Shown here: positions 9,083 through 18,678 of the stretch, in pieces
Position numbering within the stretch: the first letter of the stretch is position 1
Layout: each line of letters opens with the position of its first letter
Sequence record: MT446416.1
DNA: 25,992 nucleotides
Strand: one strand, 5' to 3'
The notes under the pieces: model-generated
Told to the model about the DNA's origin: nothing
What the model saw: only the letters and a program-made list of their open reading frames with translations
Databases searched by the model: none
Made by a program: the position numbers and the translations under genes

Positions 9083-9769
9083 TCATTCTCTCCACTTTTG
9101 ACCACGTTGCCAATCTGGATCATTCAAACGTGGGTCATTTTCATTTTGTGTATTAGTAACTTTACCACTTTTATGAACTAACCAAATTCGTTTTGACGCG
9201 ACCGAAGAATATTTTTGTTTTTGAACATCAGTTCTCTTTTTACCAGTGTTTGATTTCTTTATATTGTTGGACCATGATGTTTTTTCTTCATCTGTCATTT
9301 TATATGTACAGGGTTTACCATGCATAGGATTTTTATCTCCAGGGAAACAACCTTTCATCCTCTGACTCATTTGAATACGTGTTTCTTCTGATACAGATTT
9401 ACCTTTATTCCAAGCCACAACACCTGAAGAATATCGCTTCTTTTGTGCCGTTGATATTTGTTTTTTCCAATTTTCTTTATCAATTACGCCGTAGCCACCT
9501 TCTCCACCACGTTTGATGTTATATGTGTCGCTTCTTTGTATAAATTGTTCATTAACAATTTCTCTTTCTTTGTTATACATTTCTTCTTTATTATCAAAAA
9601 TATAAAGTATTTCTTTATTGAATTTTTCAATTCCATATTTCTTAATGGATTTCTTTATCAGAACACCTGAACCCATATATTCATCATTTATGTCATCAGT
9701 CATATGAGCACCAATATAAATTTTATTATTAATTAAATTGGTTATTTTATATATAATATAATAGTGCAT
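9083..9769 (-). CDS. free-standing GIY-YIG homing endonuclease with NUMOD3-like DNA-binding repeats
   Basis: IIYKITNLINNKIYIG...YMGSG; WNKGKSVSEETR and KNPMHGK motifs; start ATG 9769 behind AAGGA. Confidence 0.9.
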   Translation of the reverse strand: MHYYIIYKITNLINNKIYIGAHMTDDINDEYMGSGVLIKKSIKKYGIEKFNKEILYIFDNKEEMYNKEREIVNEQFIQRSDTYNIKRGGEGGYGVIDKENWKKQISTAQKKRYSSGVVAWNKGKSVSEETRIQMSQRMKGCFPGDKNPMHGKPCTYKMTDEEKTSWSNNIKKSNTGKKRTDVQKQKYSSVASKRIWLVHKSGKVTNTQNENDPRLNDPDWQRGQKWRE

Positions 9770-9809
9770 ATAGAAAGTCCTTTTTGTCATATATGCACTA
9801 TTTATTTTA

Positions 9810-10742
9810 TCAAAAACGTCCAAAATCTACTTGAAATACCTTCAAACCAAGTAGCTTACGCCACATGAACGTCACGGCTTCGCGGTCATCATATACCTTT
9901 TTAACATCGTATTGATTAACCACATTTTTCATGTACAGGTCGAATTTAACAACATCATCAGGACGTTTATCATCGATGCCTCGCATAAACAATGCATCGT
10001 AAGGAACACCCCAATTCTTAAGCCACTGTTCGGTGTCAGTACGACACCCTTCAGTACGCCCACTCATGACGATAATCTTGCGTTTATGAAAAACTGCTTC
10101 TGCGATAATAGACAAAATAACTTCTTCGTCTGGTGTATCCTGGAGTACAGTACTTTCATCGAACGGGTTACGGCCCCATTTATGAGCAAGAGTTCCATCG
10201 ATATCAACGATGATAGCAGCTTCGCGTGAATTACCATAGTAACCAATGTGTAATGCCTTACTATAATAGTACGTATCTGCCATTGTGTCAATGATATTAT
10301 CTTGTACTGAACGCTCACGCTGGAGGTTATATTTCTTACAAAGTTTTACGAACTCTTTAATCTTAAAGAATTCATGAACATCTGCACCACGGTCTTCATT
10401 AGGTACAAAATCATCATAGAAGTTCTTTTCTTTGTAATCATAACCATTATCTTTAGCCCACATTTTCCATTGATCACGGAAATGTGGTTTAAGGTTCGTA
10501 TCGGATACGATGATATTCCAACTATTCTCCGCTGCTGAATTTGCTGCACTGAACTGTAAATTAGTTACGTACTTCTCATTAGCATCATTGAATTTGTAAG
10601 CATCATGTGACCCAGCCATAGATTCACGAATATCATCACGGTTGATGTTGATAGTCTTGGATTTGGCTTTTTTAATCTCTTGCACTGCCCATGTAGTTTT
10701 ACCACACCCAGGCAATCCAACTGTTAGTGTGATAGTTGGCAT
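9810..10742 (-). CDS. pseT: polynucleotide 5'-kinase/3'-phosphatase (T4 PseT-like)
   Basis: P-loop GLPGCGKTT, INRDDIR, HAD motif DIDGTLA, SGR, YDDR. Confidence 0.95.
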   Translation of the reverse strand: MPTITLTVGLPGCGKTTWAVQEIKKAKSKTININRDDIRESMAGSHDAYKFNDANEKYVTNLQFSAANSAAENSWNIIVSDTNLKPHFRDQWKMWAKDNGYDYKEKNFYDDFVPNEDRGADVHEFFKIKEFVKLCKKYNLQRERSVQDNIIDTMADTYYYSKALHIGYYGNSREAAIIVDIDGTLAHKWGRNPFDESTVLQDTPDEEVILSIIAEAVFHKRKIIVMSGRTEGCRTDTEQWLKNWGVPYDALFMRGIDDKRPDDVVKFDLYMKNVVNQYDVKKVYDDREAVTFMWRKLLGLKVFQVDFGRF

Positions 10743-10745
10743 CCT

Positions 10746-11057
10746 TTAATCCTCTAAAAATTTAACATGCTCTATATTATGATAGGTGAGCCATTCCTGT
10801 GGCGTTCCCTTGCGTATTAAAACACCAACATACGCAATACCATTAATTAGACCATTACTATCAGTATTCACATCAACTTTCACAATCTCGGAATCGTACC
10901 AGTGTTTGAATGTGTAATCCCAACATCTGACTTTCTTTCCAATAAGATTGCTCTTGTATTTGTCAATCATTTCATCGACGATAGTTTGTACTGAATTTTT
11001 AATTTCAGCTTCTACTGACTTTATATATAGTAAATTACTTTGTGCATTGTTTATCAT
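10746..11057 (-). CDS. hypothetical protein (helix + beta-domain small family)
   Basis: ORF 10746..11075; likely start ATG 11057. Confidence 0.7.
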   Translation of the reverse strand: MINNAQSNLLYIKSVEAEIKNSVQTIVDEMIDKYKSNLIGKKVRCWDYTFKHWYDSEIVKVDVNTDSNGLINGIAYVGVLIRKGTPQEWLTYHNIEHVKFLED

Positions 11058-11271
11058 TATATTTTCCAATCCCAAATCGCTTGGAGATTTTCACAAGTAC
11101 AGATTCATCACAACGAATACTAGCAGTATCATTGGTTGAACTGTACTTTAATGGGGTCCACTGTAATTGAGATTCTTCTAGGAACTTGATACATCTGAAA
11201 TAATCTTTTAAGGAAAGAAATTTAACTACTGACATATCCTGAACAATACTATGCTGAACTTCAACTTTCAT
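11035..11271 (-). CDS. hypothetical protein
   Basis: 78-aa ORF with GGAG SD. Confidence 0.7.
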   Translation of the reverse strand: MKVEVQHSIVQDMSVVKFLSLKDYFRCIKFLEESQLQWTPLKYSSTNDTASIRCDESVLVKISKRFGIGKYNDKQCTK

Positions 11272-11280
11272 ATGAACTCC

Positions 11281-11538
11281 TTATAGTGGGTCGAATTTAT
11301 TTTCACGTTTCGATGTATAGCGAGTTACATCATGTATTCTCGGCTTAACATCTTTTGGTTTCCTTTTCTTCTTGTATTCAGTACTACTACACCCGAAAGT
11401 ATTCTCGATTCGTTTCTTACTAATCTTCACACCTTTCTTAGAGCGTTTGTGCTGTAATTCATCGATTTCTTCTTGTATTTTCCTGAATTCTGTCGGAGAA
11501 AGGGAACCGTCATTTTTATACTTAGGTTTAGCCATCAC
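11281..11538 (-). CDS. small very basic (K/R-rich) hypothetical protein
   Basis: 85 aa, many K/R; AAGGAG SD before a GTG start. Confidence 0.7.
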   Translation of the reverse strand: MMAKPKYKNDGSLSPTEFRKIQEEIDELQHKRSKKGVKISKKRIENTFGCSSTEYKKKRKPKDVKPRIHDVTRYTSKRENKFDPL

Positions 11539-11564
11539 TTCTCCTTGTGCTAGGCTAGATAGTA

Positions 11565-12707
11565 CTAAAAATCCTTTAGTACAATTTTCATGTACTTAAT
11601 AAGAGTCTCTTTGTAATCGACTTTCTTATTGTTGTACATTGCAAAGGCCAAGCCCTGACGATTCAGTTCATTAGTTAAACACTCCTGAACCTTCTTAGCG
11701 AATTCCTTTCGCTCCAAGTGCTTGTGTTCCTTGACGAAGCTTTCAACTTCATCTTGTAAAGCATTATAGCACGAAAAGACTAGTTGTTCCATTCTTAATA
11801 TCTTTTGAGTAGCATATTCGTCAGTACTGAACAACTGTTTTAAATCATCACTCGAACCATTTAATACAGCTTCATATAAATGGGAATCGAATATAATACT
11901 GTCTTTCGTTAAATGCAAAGAACAATACCAGTCGGTTTTGATTTTGCACATTGTACCATTATTTAGGATGCACACAAAACCTTCAATGTCAAGCATTTTC
12001 TTAACTTCTTCAACACTTTCTTTGAATGTAGTACGAACAGGGAAAGTGTAATGAATATCTTTACCTGTCATATTAGTACTGTACTGTGCAAGGCATGGAA
12101 ACTTATTACGTAATGCAGAACCACATAATAGTTCACCACTCTTGCGATGGCGAACGTTTAGTACAAATAATTGTTCAACCTGGTATGGTAATACAATTCG
12201 GTACTCTGGACTTGTATACTCCAGATTAACAGTATAGCCCAAACGGTCTGCTTCGTCAATGTATTGATACAAATTTTGGTTCTCGGTGAGAAGACGAGTG
12301 CTGTTAATCGCATGGTCTGAATACAATGCAGTATGTGATTTACAACGAATCTCACCATCATTATCACGGTAAGTACTGATCACTGAACCATCCAACTTAG
12401 GCATCACTACCGCAATGTCATCGCAGGTGGTATCAGCAGGGAACATTGTAGCAGGATTCTCGTAAGCATTGAAGAACTTTTTCATAGTACGAGCAGCACA
12501 ACGAATCATATTACCTTCTTCATCAATTTCCCACATAGATCCACGGGTTTCTAATGCATTGGGTTGCATGAAATCAGTATATGATGCTAGACGATAACTG
12601 AATACACGATACGTTCCACCAGCAGGACTTTTATGATCCACATAAAAGAAAGCCTCACGGGTATTACATAAGTGCATTAAATCTTCATATATTTGTAAAA
12701 GGGTCAT
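11565..12707 (-). CDS. rnlA: RNA ligase 1 (T4 RnlA-like)
   Basis: ALETRG, KKFFN..EN, motif I KLDGS, EGFV, KIKTDWY, all resembling T4 Rnl1. Confidence 0.93.
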   Translation of the reverse strand: MTLLQIYEDLMHLCNTREAFFYVDHKSPAGGTYRVFSYRLASYTDFMQPNALETRGSMWEIDEEGNMIRCAARTMKKFFNAYENPATMFPADTTCDDIAVVMPKLDGSVISTYRDNDGEIRCKSHTALYSDHAINSTRLLTENQNLYQYIDEADRLGYTVNLEYTSPEYRIVLPYQVEQLFVLNVRHRKSGELLCGSALRNKFPCLAQYSTNMTGKDIHYTFPVRTTFKESVEEVKKMLDIEGFVCILNNGTMCKIKTDWYCSLHLTKDSIIFDSHLYEAVLNGSSDDLKQLFSTDEYATQKILRMEQLVFSCYNALQDEVESFVKEHKHLERKEFAKKVQECLTNELNRQGLAFAMYNNKKVDYKETLIKYMKIVLKDF

Positions 12708-12967
12708 TTTATTACCTCTATATCTACATCTGTGCCATAGTAGGAAACGTAACCATTATCTGACTTACATTGAATTGATAACTCTGATTCATAGTATGTT
12801 ACTTTGATCACTGTTAGTACTTTTTCTTCAATTTCTCCCGTTAAATAATCCATTTCACGAACACGAACGTTGGTTCCTTTTGGGAGTTCTTGTGCAATTT
12901 TATTAACAAGTTCAAAAGCAGCTTCTTCAAGTGTGTGCAACAATTGCAATCTATCTTGGATATTCAT
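12704..12967 (-). CDS. hypothetical protein (helix + beta-domain small family)
   Basis: Start moved to ATG 12967 just after the upstream stop. Confidence 0.75.
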   Translation of the reverse strand: MNIQDRLQLLHTLEEAAFELVNKIAQELPKGTNVRVREMDYLTGEIEEKVLTVIKVTYYESELSIQCKSDNGYVSYYGTDVDIEVIK

Positions 12968-12968
12968 A

Positions 12969-13658
12969 TTATTTCCACCAAGTTGTATCTCGACCACCAG
13001 ACAAAGATTCATTGTACTGATGCCTGAAATTAGTATTTGGATTATTTGTCATTGTACTAATAAAATCAAATTTAACATTCTCTTGAATGTAATTAATAAC
13101 ATTATCTTTAAATTTAATAGTACTGAAGTCTAAATCTAAATGTTCATACAATACCGGATGACAAAACTCATGTGTACGCAATGATGGCATGGTATCCTTA
13201 ATGTATTGCACAGTGTTAATCATTGCATTATATTCAGGCATAGCACGCATCATCATTAGCTGAAAGTGTTCTTCCTCTGACATTGATTCATCCAAATCAA
13301 TAACGACTTCATCATTTTTAGAGTCAAATACTTTAATGTCACTCTTTGTTGGATCAAGCATAGCCCACTCTGGATACAGGCATGTTTTCCAAAAAGGATT
13401 ATTGCACTGAAACATACTAATGAGATTTTGATCTTTATCAAAAATAGCAAATCCAAGATCCGAACTTGGCTGTACTTCACATACACAAATATCGTAAGGA
13501 GATTCTTCAGTACTGAATGATCCAACTACATTTGATATATGTGAATATGGAGTTTCTCTTGATTTTAATTCAAAGGCTCTCTCCATACGATTAACCTGTG
13601 GTTGTAATGTAATTACACCCCTCAGTACATATAAAATTCTATCTAAATCTTTAATCAA
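12969..13658 (-). CDS. hypothetical protein with an EEEHFQL motif
   Basis: 229-aa ORF. Confidence 0.8.
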   Translation of the reverse strand: MIKDLDRILYVLRGVITLQPQVNRMERAFELKSRETPYSHISNVVGSFSTEESPYDICVCEVQPSSDLGFAIFDKDQNLISMFQCNNPFWKTCLYPEWAMLDPTKSDIKVFDSKNDEVVIDLDESMSEEEHFQLMMMRAMPEYNAMINTVQYIKDTMPSLRTHEFCHPVLYEHLDLDFSTIKFKDNVINYIQENVKFDFISTMTNNPNTNFRHQYNESLSGGRDTTWWK

Positions 13659-14233
13659 AATTCTATCCCCGTATCGGTTAATTTCGTTCCGTCCATATAC
13701 TTAACAATTATTTCAATGCGTCGATCAGTACTCATTTTTTGAAGATCATTGTAGTACAATTTAAATTCTTCAAAGAACTCAAGTGGTGGAATATCGTATA
13801 AAGTACTAATCTGGAAGTGCTCATGTAATCCAAAATCCAATATATCAATCTTAGGTATAAGTCCATCGGCTGCTGCACCTTCTGGTGTACTGCTGTCTGC
13901 TACATAAAACATAGAATTACCATGACGCTGGATAACGAATACGCAATCATCTTCACTTATATAAATCATATTTCCAAGGCATGGATCGTTATCACACCAA
14001 TTGTCATGGACGAATTGATCAACTTGAAGTAAATCGTGTATAATTCCTCGACCACTATCATCGATTCTAATATGTAAACCAGAATCACTTTTGCTCAACC
14101 AGCGGTATTTTGAATCACATCCTGATTCCATAACTGGATATTTTGAAAAATTCATATCAGTACCATTATAAAACCAATCGTGCCACTCATTACGCATACT
14201 AATCAGCTTAGTACTTAATTCTAATACATTCAT
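13655..14233 (-). CDS. hypothetical protein with an EHFQI motif
   Basis: 192-aa ORF. Confidence 0.8.
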   Translation of the reverse strand: MNVLELSTKLISMRNEWHDWFYNGTDMNFSKYPVMESGCDSKYRWLSKSDSGLHIRIDDSGRGIIHDLLQVDQFVHDNWCDNDPCLGNMIYISEDDCVFVIQRHGNSMFYVADSSTPEGAAADGLIPKIDILDFGLHEHFQISTLYDIPPLEFFEEFKLYYNDLQKMSTDRRIEIIVKYMDGTKLTDTGIEF

Positions 14234-14240
14234 TTTAGTT

Positions 14241-14543
14241 TTATCCTCTTAGTTTAATAGTACTGGCTGGATAATCTACCATAGTACTATCTGGTAATCC
14301 TATACAGTAATAAGGAAAATATCCCATCTTTATATTAATACCAATTAACATTCCAGTTTTATATGAAGTATTAATTTCATAGTGGTCGTCTATATCAACT
14401 GCCAGTCCATATAAGGATATATTACAATCCTTGATGTATCGTTCAAAGATTTTATACATTGATGGGTATAAAGTTCCATTGGATTCTTTTACTACATCAG
14501 CCAACAACTTTATAGTACTGTTAATTAAATCTATACTGAGCAT
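14241..14543 (-). CDS. hypothetical protein (helix + beta-domain small family)
   Basis: 100-aa ORF. Confidence 0.7.
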   Translation of the reverse strand: MLSIDLINSTIKLLADVVKESNGTLYPSMYKIFERYIKDCNISLYGLAVDIDDHYEINTSYKTGMLIGINIKMGYFPYYCIGLPDSTMVDYPASTIKLRG

Positions 14544-14556
14544 CTTTGTACCTGCG

Positions 14557-14580
14557 AAAAAAGACCAGCAAACGCTGGCC
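14557..14580 (-). terminator. intrinsic terminator
   Basis: GGCCAGC-gttt-GCTGGTC followed by TTTTTT. Confidence 0.8.
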
Positions 14581-14587
14581 TATATTT

Positions 14588-14872
14588 TTATTTTAACTCA
14601 CTACAAGTGTATATACCGACAGTATCATCAGAAAATGTAATATAGAAATACACACCACGGGTATCAAATGAAATTTCATCAATTGTACCTGTTTTATTCA
14701 TAGTCTTATGTGTAACTTCTTTATTCACATAAAGGTATAAACTATTAAATTCCTTTGAATATTCATCAATCATATTGCTAAAATAATTGCAGTATGACAT
14801 ATCAGTATTATAAATTTCATTATACAAAGAAATATACTGGTAGAATGTCCAAGCATGTGAGTTAAAATCCAT
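14588..14872 (-). CDS. hypothetical protein (helix + beta-domain small family)
   Basis: 94-aa ORF with AGGA SD. Confidence 0.75.
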   Translation of the reverse strand: MDFNSHAWTFYQYISLYNEIYNTDMSYCNYFSNMIDEYSKEFNSLYLYVNKEVTHKTMNKTGTIDEISFDTRGVYFYITFSDDTVGIYTCSELK

Positions 14873-14881
14873 AACAGTTCC

Positions 14882-15610
14882 TTAGAAATATACCATACCC
14901 ATCAATTCTGAATCTTCAGGGCGAGTATAACCTTGTTTCTTAACTTTAAAGTAGAAGGATTCATTATCTTCTAAATTATAACGTTTCTTTAAGCAACGGG
15001 TGTATGTTTGGCAATTAGGTGAAACCCATTCATAAACATGAACACCATTTTCATCATAACCATTAATACTACAACGGTTTCCTTCGTGTTTCTTGAAGTT
15101 TTTACTCTTCTCAGTGAATTCTTTTACCGATGTAGTGGATGGTTTTTTATATTCAAATGGAACTTCTGTTATACGAAAATAGAAATATTGGTCGTCTTCA
15201 TCATATCCAACTAGCACTGTGTTAGTTTCACGTACATTGTAATGATTCTTACTTTTCAATTCATTTTCATATATATCTTTTAATACCTCATCGAATACAA
15301 TATCACTTGCTGCATTTGGGTCTGAAACCCCACTAATACGGCGTTCAATAATAAAATCGGTGAATTTGCGGTCTTCTGAAATATCTTCATTCATATAAAG
15401 ACTTACGAACTTATCCTTGTATGTCTTTACGCTATATTGTTTGCTTTGAACTTCACTATAAACATCAGCTAACATGTTAGCTTGTCCACATTGTATACCG
15501 CTAGATGAATATGCCGCAGCATGTTCAGCCATAACAGATGTTAACATTTGGAAATTTGCAATATTGAGTTGATTCGCCATTTCTGTTGCAAATTTTATAT
15601 TATCTATCAT
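14882..15610 (-). CDS. hypothetical protein
   Basis: 242-aa ORF with AAGGA SD. Confidence 0.8.
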   Translation of the reverse strand: MIDNIKFATEMANQLNIANFQMLTSVMAEHAAAYSSSGIQCGQANMLADVYSEVQSKQYSVKTYKDKFVSLYMNEDISEDRKFTDFIIERRISGVSDPNAASDIVFDEVLKDIYENELKSKNHYNVRETNTVLVGYDEDDQYFYFRITEVPFEYKKPSTTSVKEFTEKSKNFKKHEGNRCSINGYDENGVHVYEWVSPNCQTYTRCLKKRYNLEDNESFYFKVKKQGYTRPEDSELMGMVYF

Positions 15611-15635
15611 TTCACATTCCTTGTGTTTATGATTT

Positions 15636-16568
15636 TCATATTTTTAATTTATTTTCGAGTAAACATTTACATACATAATCAATAACAAGATTTATGTCTT
15701 GTAAATCAAATGTTTCAGTATACCCATCACCAAAATAATCCTTTGGCAATTTACTACTATTTTTAAGCAGATTTAAAATATTATATTCTACACTTTTAAT
15801 AACTTCGGTATTTCCAGTAAAATAATATAATTCCTCTACTATAAAATTAGTTTTTGACCTAATACTAATTAGTCTTGATTTATCAATCTTTGTAGAAATA
15901 CCAACTTTATATTTTATTAAAATATTTTGTTCATATATTCCTAAAATATATAATTTACTTTCTTCTGGGATTGGTCTGATACAATTGCAGTTAAGAGATC
16001 CACATTTAACTCTACTATAATTAATATATTTGTCAAAATTACACGCTGTACAATAAAATCTAACCTTATATTGTGTACCACGGTATGTAGATTTATCCAT
16101 ATATATTGTATTTGAGTAATCTTTTATTTTATTCATAATAGTGTTATATGCTTCGTCGATATCTAACGGCATACAATATGATGAATGACATTTACAATAT
16201 GAACCTCTAGACTTAACATCATGCACCGTCATATATCTTTCAAACGCACAATCGTCACAATAAAATCTAGATTTGTTTTTTGTAGTTGTGAATGTGGAAA
16301 TATCTAATTTTAATTTTGAATTAATTTCACCCAATTTATTATATAAAGTTTTAAATGTGGGACAGTGACAAAATATTCCATTTTTGTACACATTCCTAAC
16401 TATGATATTTTTACTAAACCCACATTCATCACAGAAAAAAGTTGATTTGTTTGATATGGTAGTGTATGTTGTTCTATCCATTTTTACCGATGAACCAATT
16501 GAACTCAATTTTTCATCAACCAGTCTGAATACTTCAGAATCTGGCTTTTTACTTGGCACTTTACACAC
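15636..16568 (-). CDS. Zn-finger-repeat free-standing endonuclease-like protein (T5orf172/GIY-YIG-like C-terminus)
   Basis: Three CxxC...CxC repeats, LYI...KVGIS...SRL, DGYTETF; start may be GTG 16559. Confidence 0.7.
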   Translation of the reverse strand: MCKVPSKKPDSEVFRLVDEKLSSIGSSVKMDRTTYTTISNKSTFFCDECGFSKNIIVRNVYKNGIFCHCPTFKTLYNKLGEINSKLKLDISTFTTTKNKSRFYCDDCAFERYMTVHDVKSRGSYCKCHSSYCMPLDIDEAYNTIMNKIKDYSNTIYMDKSTYRGTQYKVRFYCTACNFDKYINYSRVKCGSLNCNCIRPIPEESKLYILGIYEQNILIKYKVGISTKIDKSRLISIRSKTNFIVEELYYFTGNTEVIKSVEYNILNLLKNSSKLPKDYFGDGYTETFDLQDINLVIDYVCKCLLENKLKI

Positions 16569-16599
16569 TCCTTGTGTTAGTTATTGTTCCTCATCCAAT

Positions 16600-16625
16600 A
16601 TTATATCACTACTTGAGCCATTGTC
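16600..16625 (-). promoter_or_regulatory. promoter GACA-N16-TATAAT with TGn extended -10
   Basis: Minus strand GGGACA atggctcaagtagTGA TATAAT. Confidence 0.65.
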
Positions 16626-16920
16626 CCGCTTTGTAACAATAAAGATTCTCAAATTTAAAGTTCTCTATATCACATTCCTCACGTACTCGATTCTTGTTCC
16701 AGAATAAAATACGAATCCTTTCATAATCACGATAAACACTAATAATGCTTCTGTGTTTAGATTTATAATATTCTTTTACAATATCAAGATACATTGACCT
16801 AAGTAACGATTTCACTGGATAAGACAAATCCTGTGCCGTAGTAATAAAGTAAATCATCTTCATTGTTTCAGCAATAAGAACTTCATTTGTTGTATTTGTC
16901 ATTGTAATCCTTACATACAC
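16609..16920 (-). CDS. hypothetical protein
   Basis: 103-aa ORF; start uncertain (possibly 16902). Confidence 0.65.
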   Translation of the reverse strand: MYVRITMTNTTNEVLIAETMKMIYFITTAQDLSYPVKSLLRSMYLDIVKEYYKSKHRSIISVYRDYERIRILFWNKNRVREECDIENFKFENLYCYKAGQWLK

Positions 16921-17065
16921 TATGTAAAGTAAATCCTAAACCAACACCAACAATTGGGAATAGTAAATTAACATACCATGTGTTCATTGTTAAAAAGGAA
17001 TAAGCACCTGAAGCTGTCAGTACTGCAATAGAAAAAAGACTCCAGATAAAAAATAATGCTCTCAT
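16883..17065 (-). CDS. small two-TM membrane protein
   Basis: 60 aa with two hydrophobic helices. Confidence 0.7.
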   Translation of the reverse strand: MRALFFIWSLFSIAVLTASGAYSFLTMNTWYVNLLFPIVGVGLGFTLHSVCKDYNDKYNK

Positions 17066-17352
17066 AAAAATGTTACCTCGTTAGATGAGTAGTTACGATA
17101 TATTTGTGAATTATGTTCCACACCATGAATTGTTATATGCCCGTTGTAGAAAAAAGTAATATCTACAACTTTGAGTTCTTTACGTTTTTTAGTACTGAAA
17201 TATCTACCCACTAACGCAGCATATATATAATCCCTGTACTCTTGAGTAATGAATTTATACATATTATGATTTGCACTACACTTTTCATCATAAGTATTAG
17301 TATATTCTTTCATCAGTAGAGCATATGTTTTTTGTATTAATATGATATTCAT
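17062..17352 (-). CDS. hypothetical protein, divergent member of the QFTYK family
   Basis: N-terminus MNIILIQKTY; beta-rich C-terminus. Confidence 0.7.
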   Translation of the reverse strand: MNIILIQKTYALLMKEYTNTYDEKCSANHNMYKFITQEYRDYIYAALVGRYFSTKKRKELKVVDITFFYNGHITIHGVEHNSQIYRNYSSNEVTFL

Positions 17353-17624
17353 CTGTAGTTTAATATTGAAATGGGAAGACTATATATATGTGCGTAAAGT
17401 TTATCAACTCTTTCCATATTCACTTTTAAAGTACTTCCAATACGACTGATGCTATCTATACGATAAAGCACGTCATTCAGCATCATTACGGTATCGGTGT
17501 AATCTTCACTAAGAGATTCAATGTAGATATCTTCAAGTTTCACATCCATGCGTGGTATATCTAAATCCCTCAATAAACGCAGTGTTTGCACGATCAGTTC
17601 AGCTTTAGTAATGAATACGCTCAC
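17349..17624 (-). CDS. hypothetical protein (start uncertain)
   Basis: ORF 17349..17735 overlaps the next gene heavily; GTG 17624 gives a plausible ~91-aa product. Confidence 0.55.
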   Translation of the reverse strand: MSVFITKAELIVQTLRLLRDLDIPRMDVKLEDIYIESLSEDYTDTVMMLNDVLYRIDSISRIGSTLKVNMERVDKLYAHIYSLPISILNYR

Positions 17625-17805
17625 ATGCCAGACAATAAATGCACTCAATGTCAGGTCGCCATGATTTATCGAAATCTTTGTGCTGTTCTTCAGTGTATTC
17701 CGCATCATCATTGATAGGAAAGAAATCCCCAGCACCAGAGGCCCAGTCTGAATCTAAACGGAAACGAGCTAATTGAGTACTGTTGCAATATGGACATTTA
17801 TTCAA
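17605..17805 (-). CDS. small zinc-ribbon protein
   Basis: CPYC near the N-terminus and CIYCLAC near the C-terminus; AAGGA SD. Confidence 0.7.
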   Translation of the reverse strand: MNKCPYCNSTQLARFRLDSDWASGAGDFFPINDDAEYTEEQHKDFDKSWRPDIECIYCLACERIHY

Positions 17806-18082
17806 AATTTATTCCTTCTAACTGATATACGTTTAATGAAAATGACCCACTATTATTATCGCATCTGAAACACAGTGTTAAAGAACCATTATAACTCACG
17901 ACATCCGTACATATACATTTTTCACCATTGGATATGATAGATTTTCCTATATATAAATCTCTTACTATAGTACGGTAATGTTGCCATAAAAAATAATACA
18001 CACTTTCATAGTACTCATCTTTTACATATGACAAGTATAAGAATTTATAAAATACTTGTATTTCCTTTAAGTTGTTTTTCAT
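17798..18082 (-). CDS. QFTYK-family paralogue
   Basis: EIQVFYKFLY...VVSYNGSLTL. Confidence 0.75.
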   Translation of the reverse strand: MKNNLKEIQVFYKFLYLSYVKDEYYESVYYFLWQHYRTIVRDLYIGKSIISNGEKCICTDVVSYNGSLTLCFRCDNNSGSFSLNVYQLEGINFE

Positions 18083-18356
18083 TCTCCAACTCCAGTAAAT
18101 TTACACCAATCCAATCAACATCACTATCAGTACTTAATTCCAATCGTAGCTTACCGCTATGACTAACAATATCGCGGAATTTGTATATTTTATTATCACG
18201 AACTATACACAAATCATGGTAATATTCATGTAATTCATCCAAAAACTTTATCCATACCGAACGATAGATTTCACCGTAGAGATATTCTCCAGCATCAACC
18301 GTAGCGTATTGGATATACAAAAATTTGTATGTGAATTGTATATCATTAATATTCAT
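18045..18356 (-). CDS. QFTYK-family paralogue
   Basis: DIQFTYKFLY...IVSHSGKLRL. Confidence 0.75.
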   Translation of the reverse strand: MNINDIQFTYKFLYIQYATVDAGEYLYGEIYRSVWIKFLDELHEYYHDLCIVRDNKIYKFRDIVSHSGKLRLELSTDSDVDWIGVNLLELENEKQLKGNTSIL

Positions 18357-18366
18357 ATGTCAACTC

Positions 18367-18678
18367 TTATAGGTCCGTTAACTTCAAAACTTTGATCTCC
18401 ATAAATTCCCTATCAGTTTTTTCAAGAAATTCTACATGGATAATACCTTGATAAGATTTTACACCTGAATATTCAAATATGTCATCTCCATCAGTGTAAG
18501 TACTGTAATTCTTTTTTATATATTCAGCAATAGAATCTAAGTAATCATAGTAATTATTAATAAATGGTGATTCTTTTGATTCGACATGTTCACCAATCTT
18601 CCCACTAAAAAGATACATGTCATACAAACCATATATATTTTTATACGTGAATTGAACATCATTCAAATTTAATTTCAA
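18367..18678 (-). CDS. QFTYK-family paralogue
   Basis: DVQFTYKNIY...VKSYQGIIHV. Confidence 0.75.
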   Translation of the reverse strand: MKLNLNDVQFTYKNIYGLYDMYLFSGKIGEHVESKESPFINNYYDYLDSIAEYIKKNYSTYTDGDDIFEYSGVKSYQGIIHVEFLEKTDREFMEIKVLKLTDL

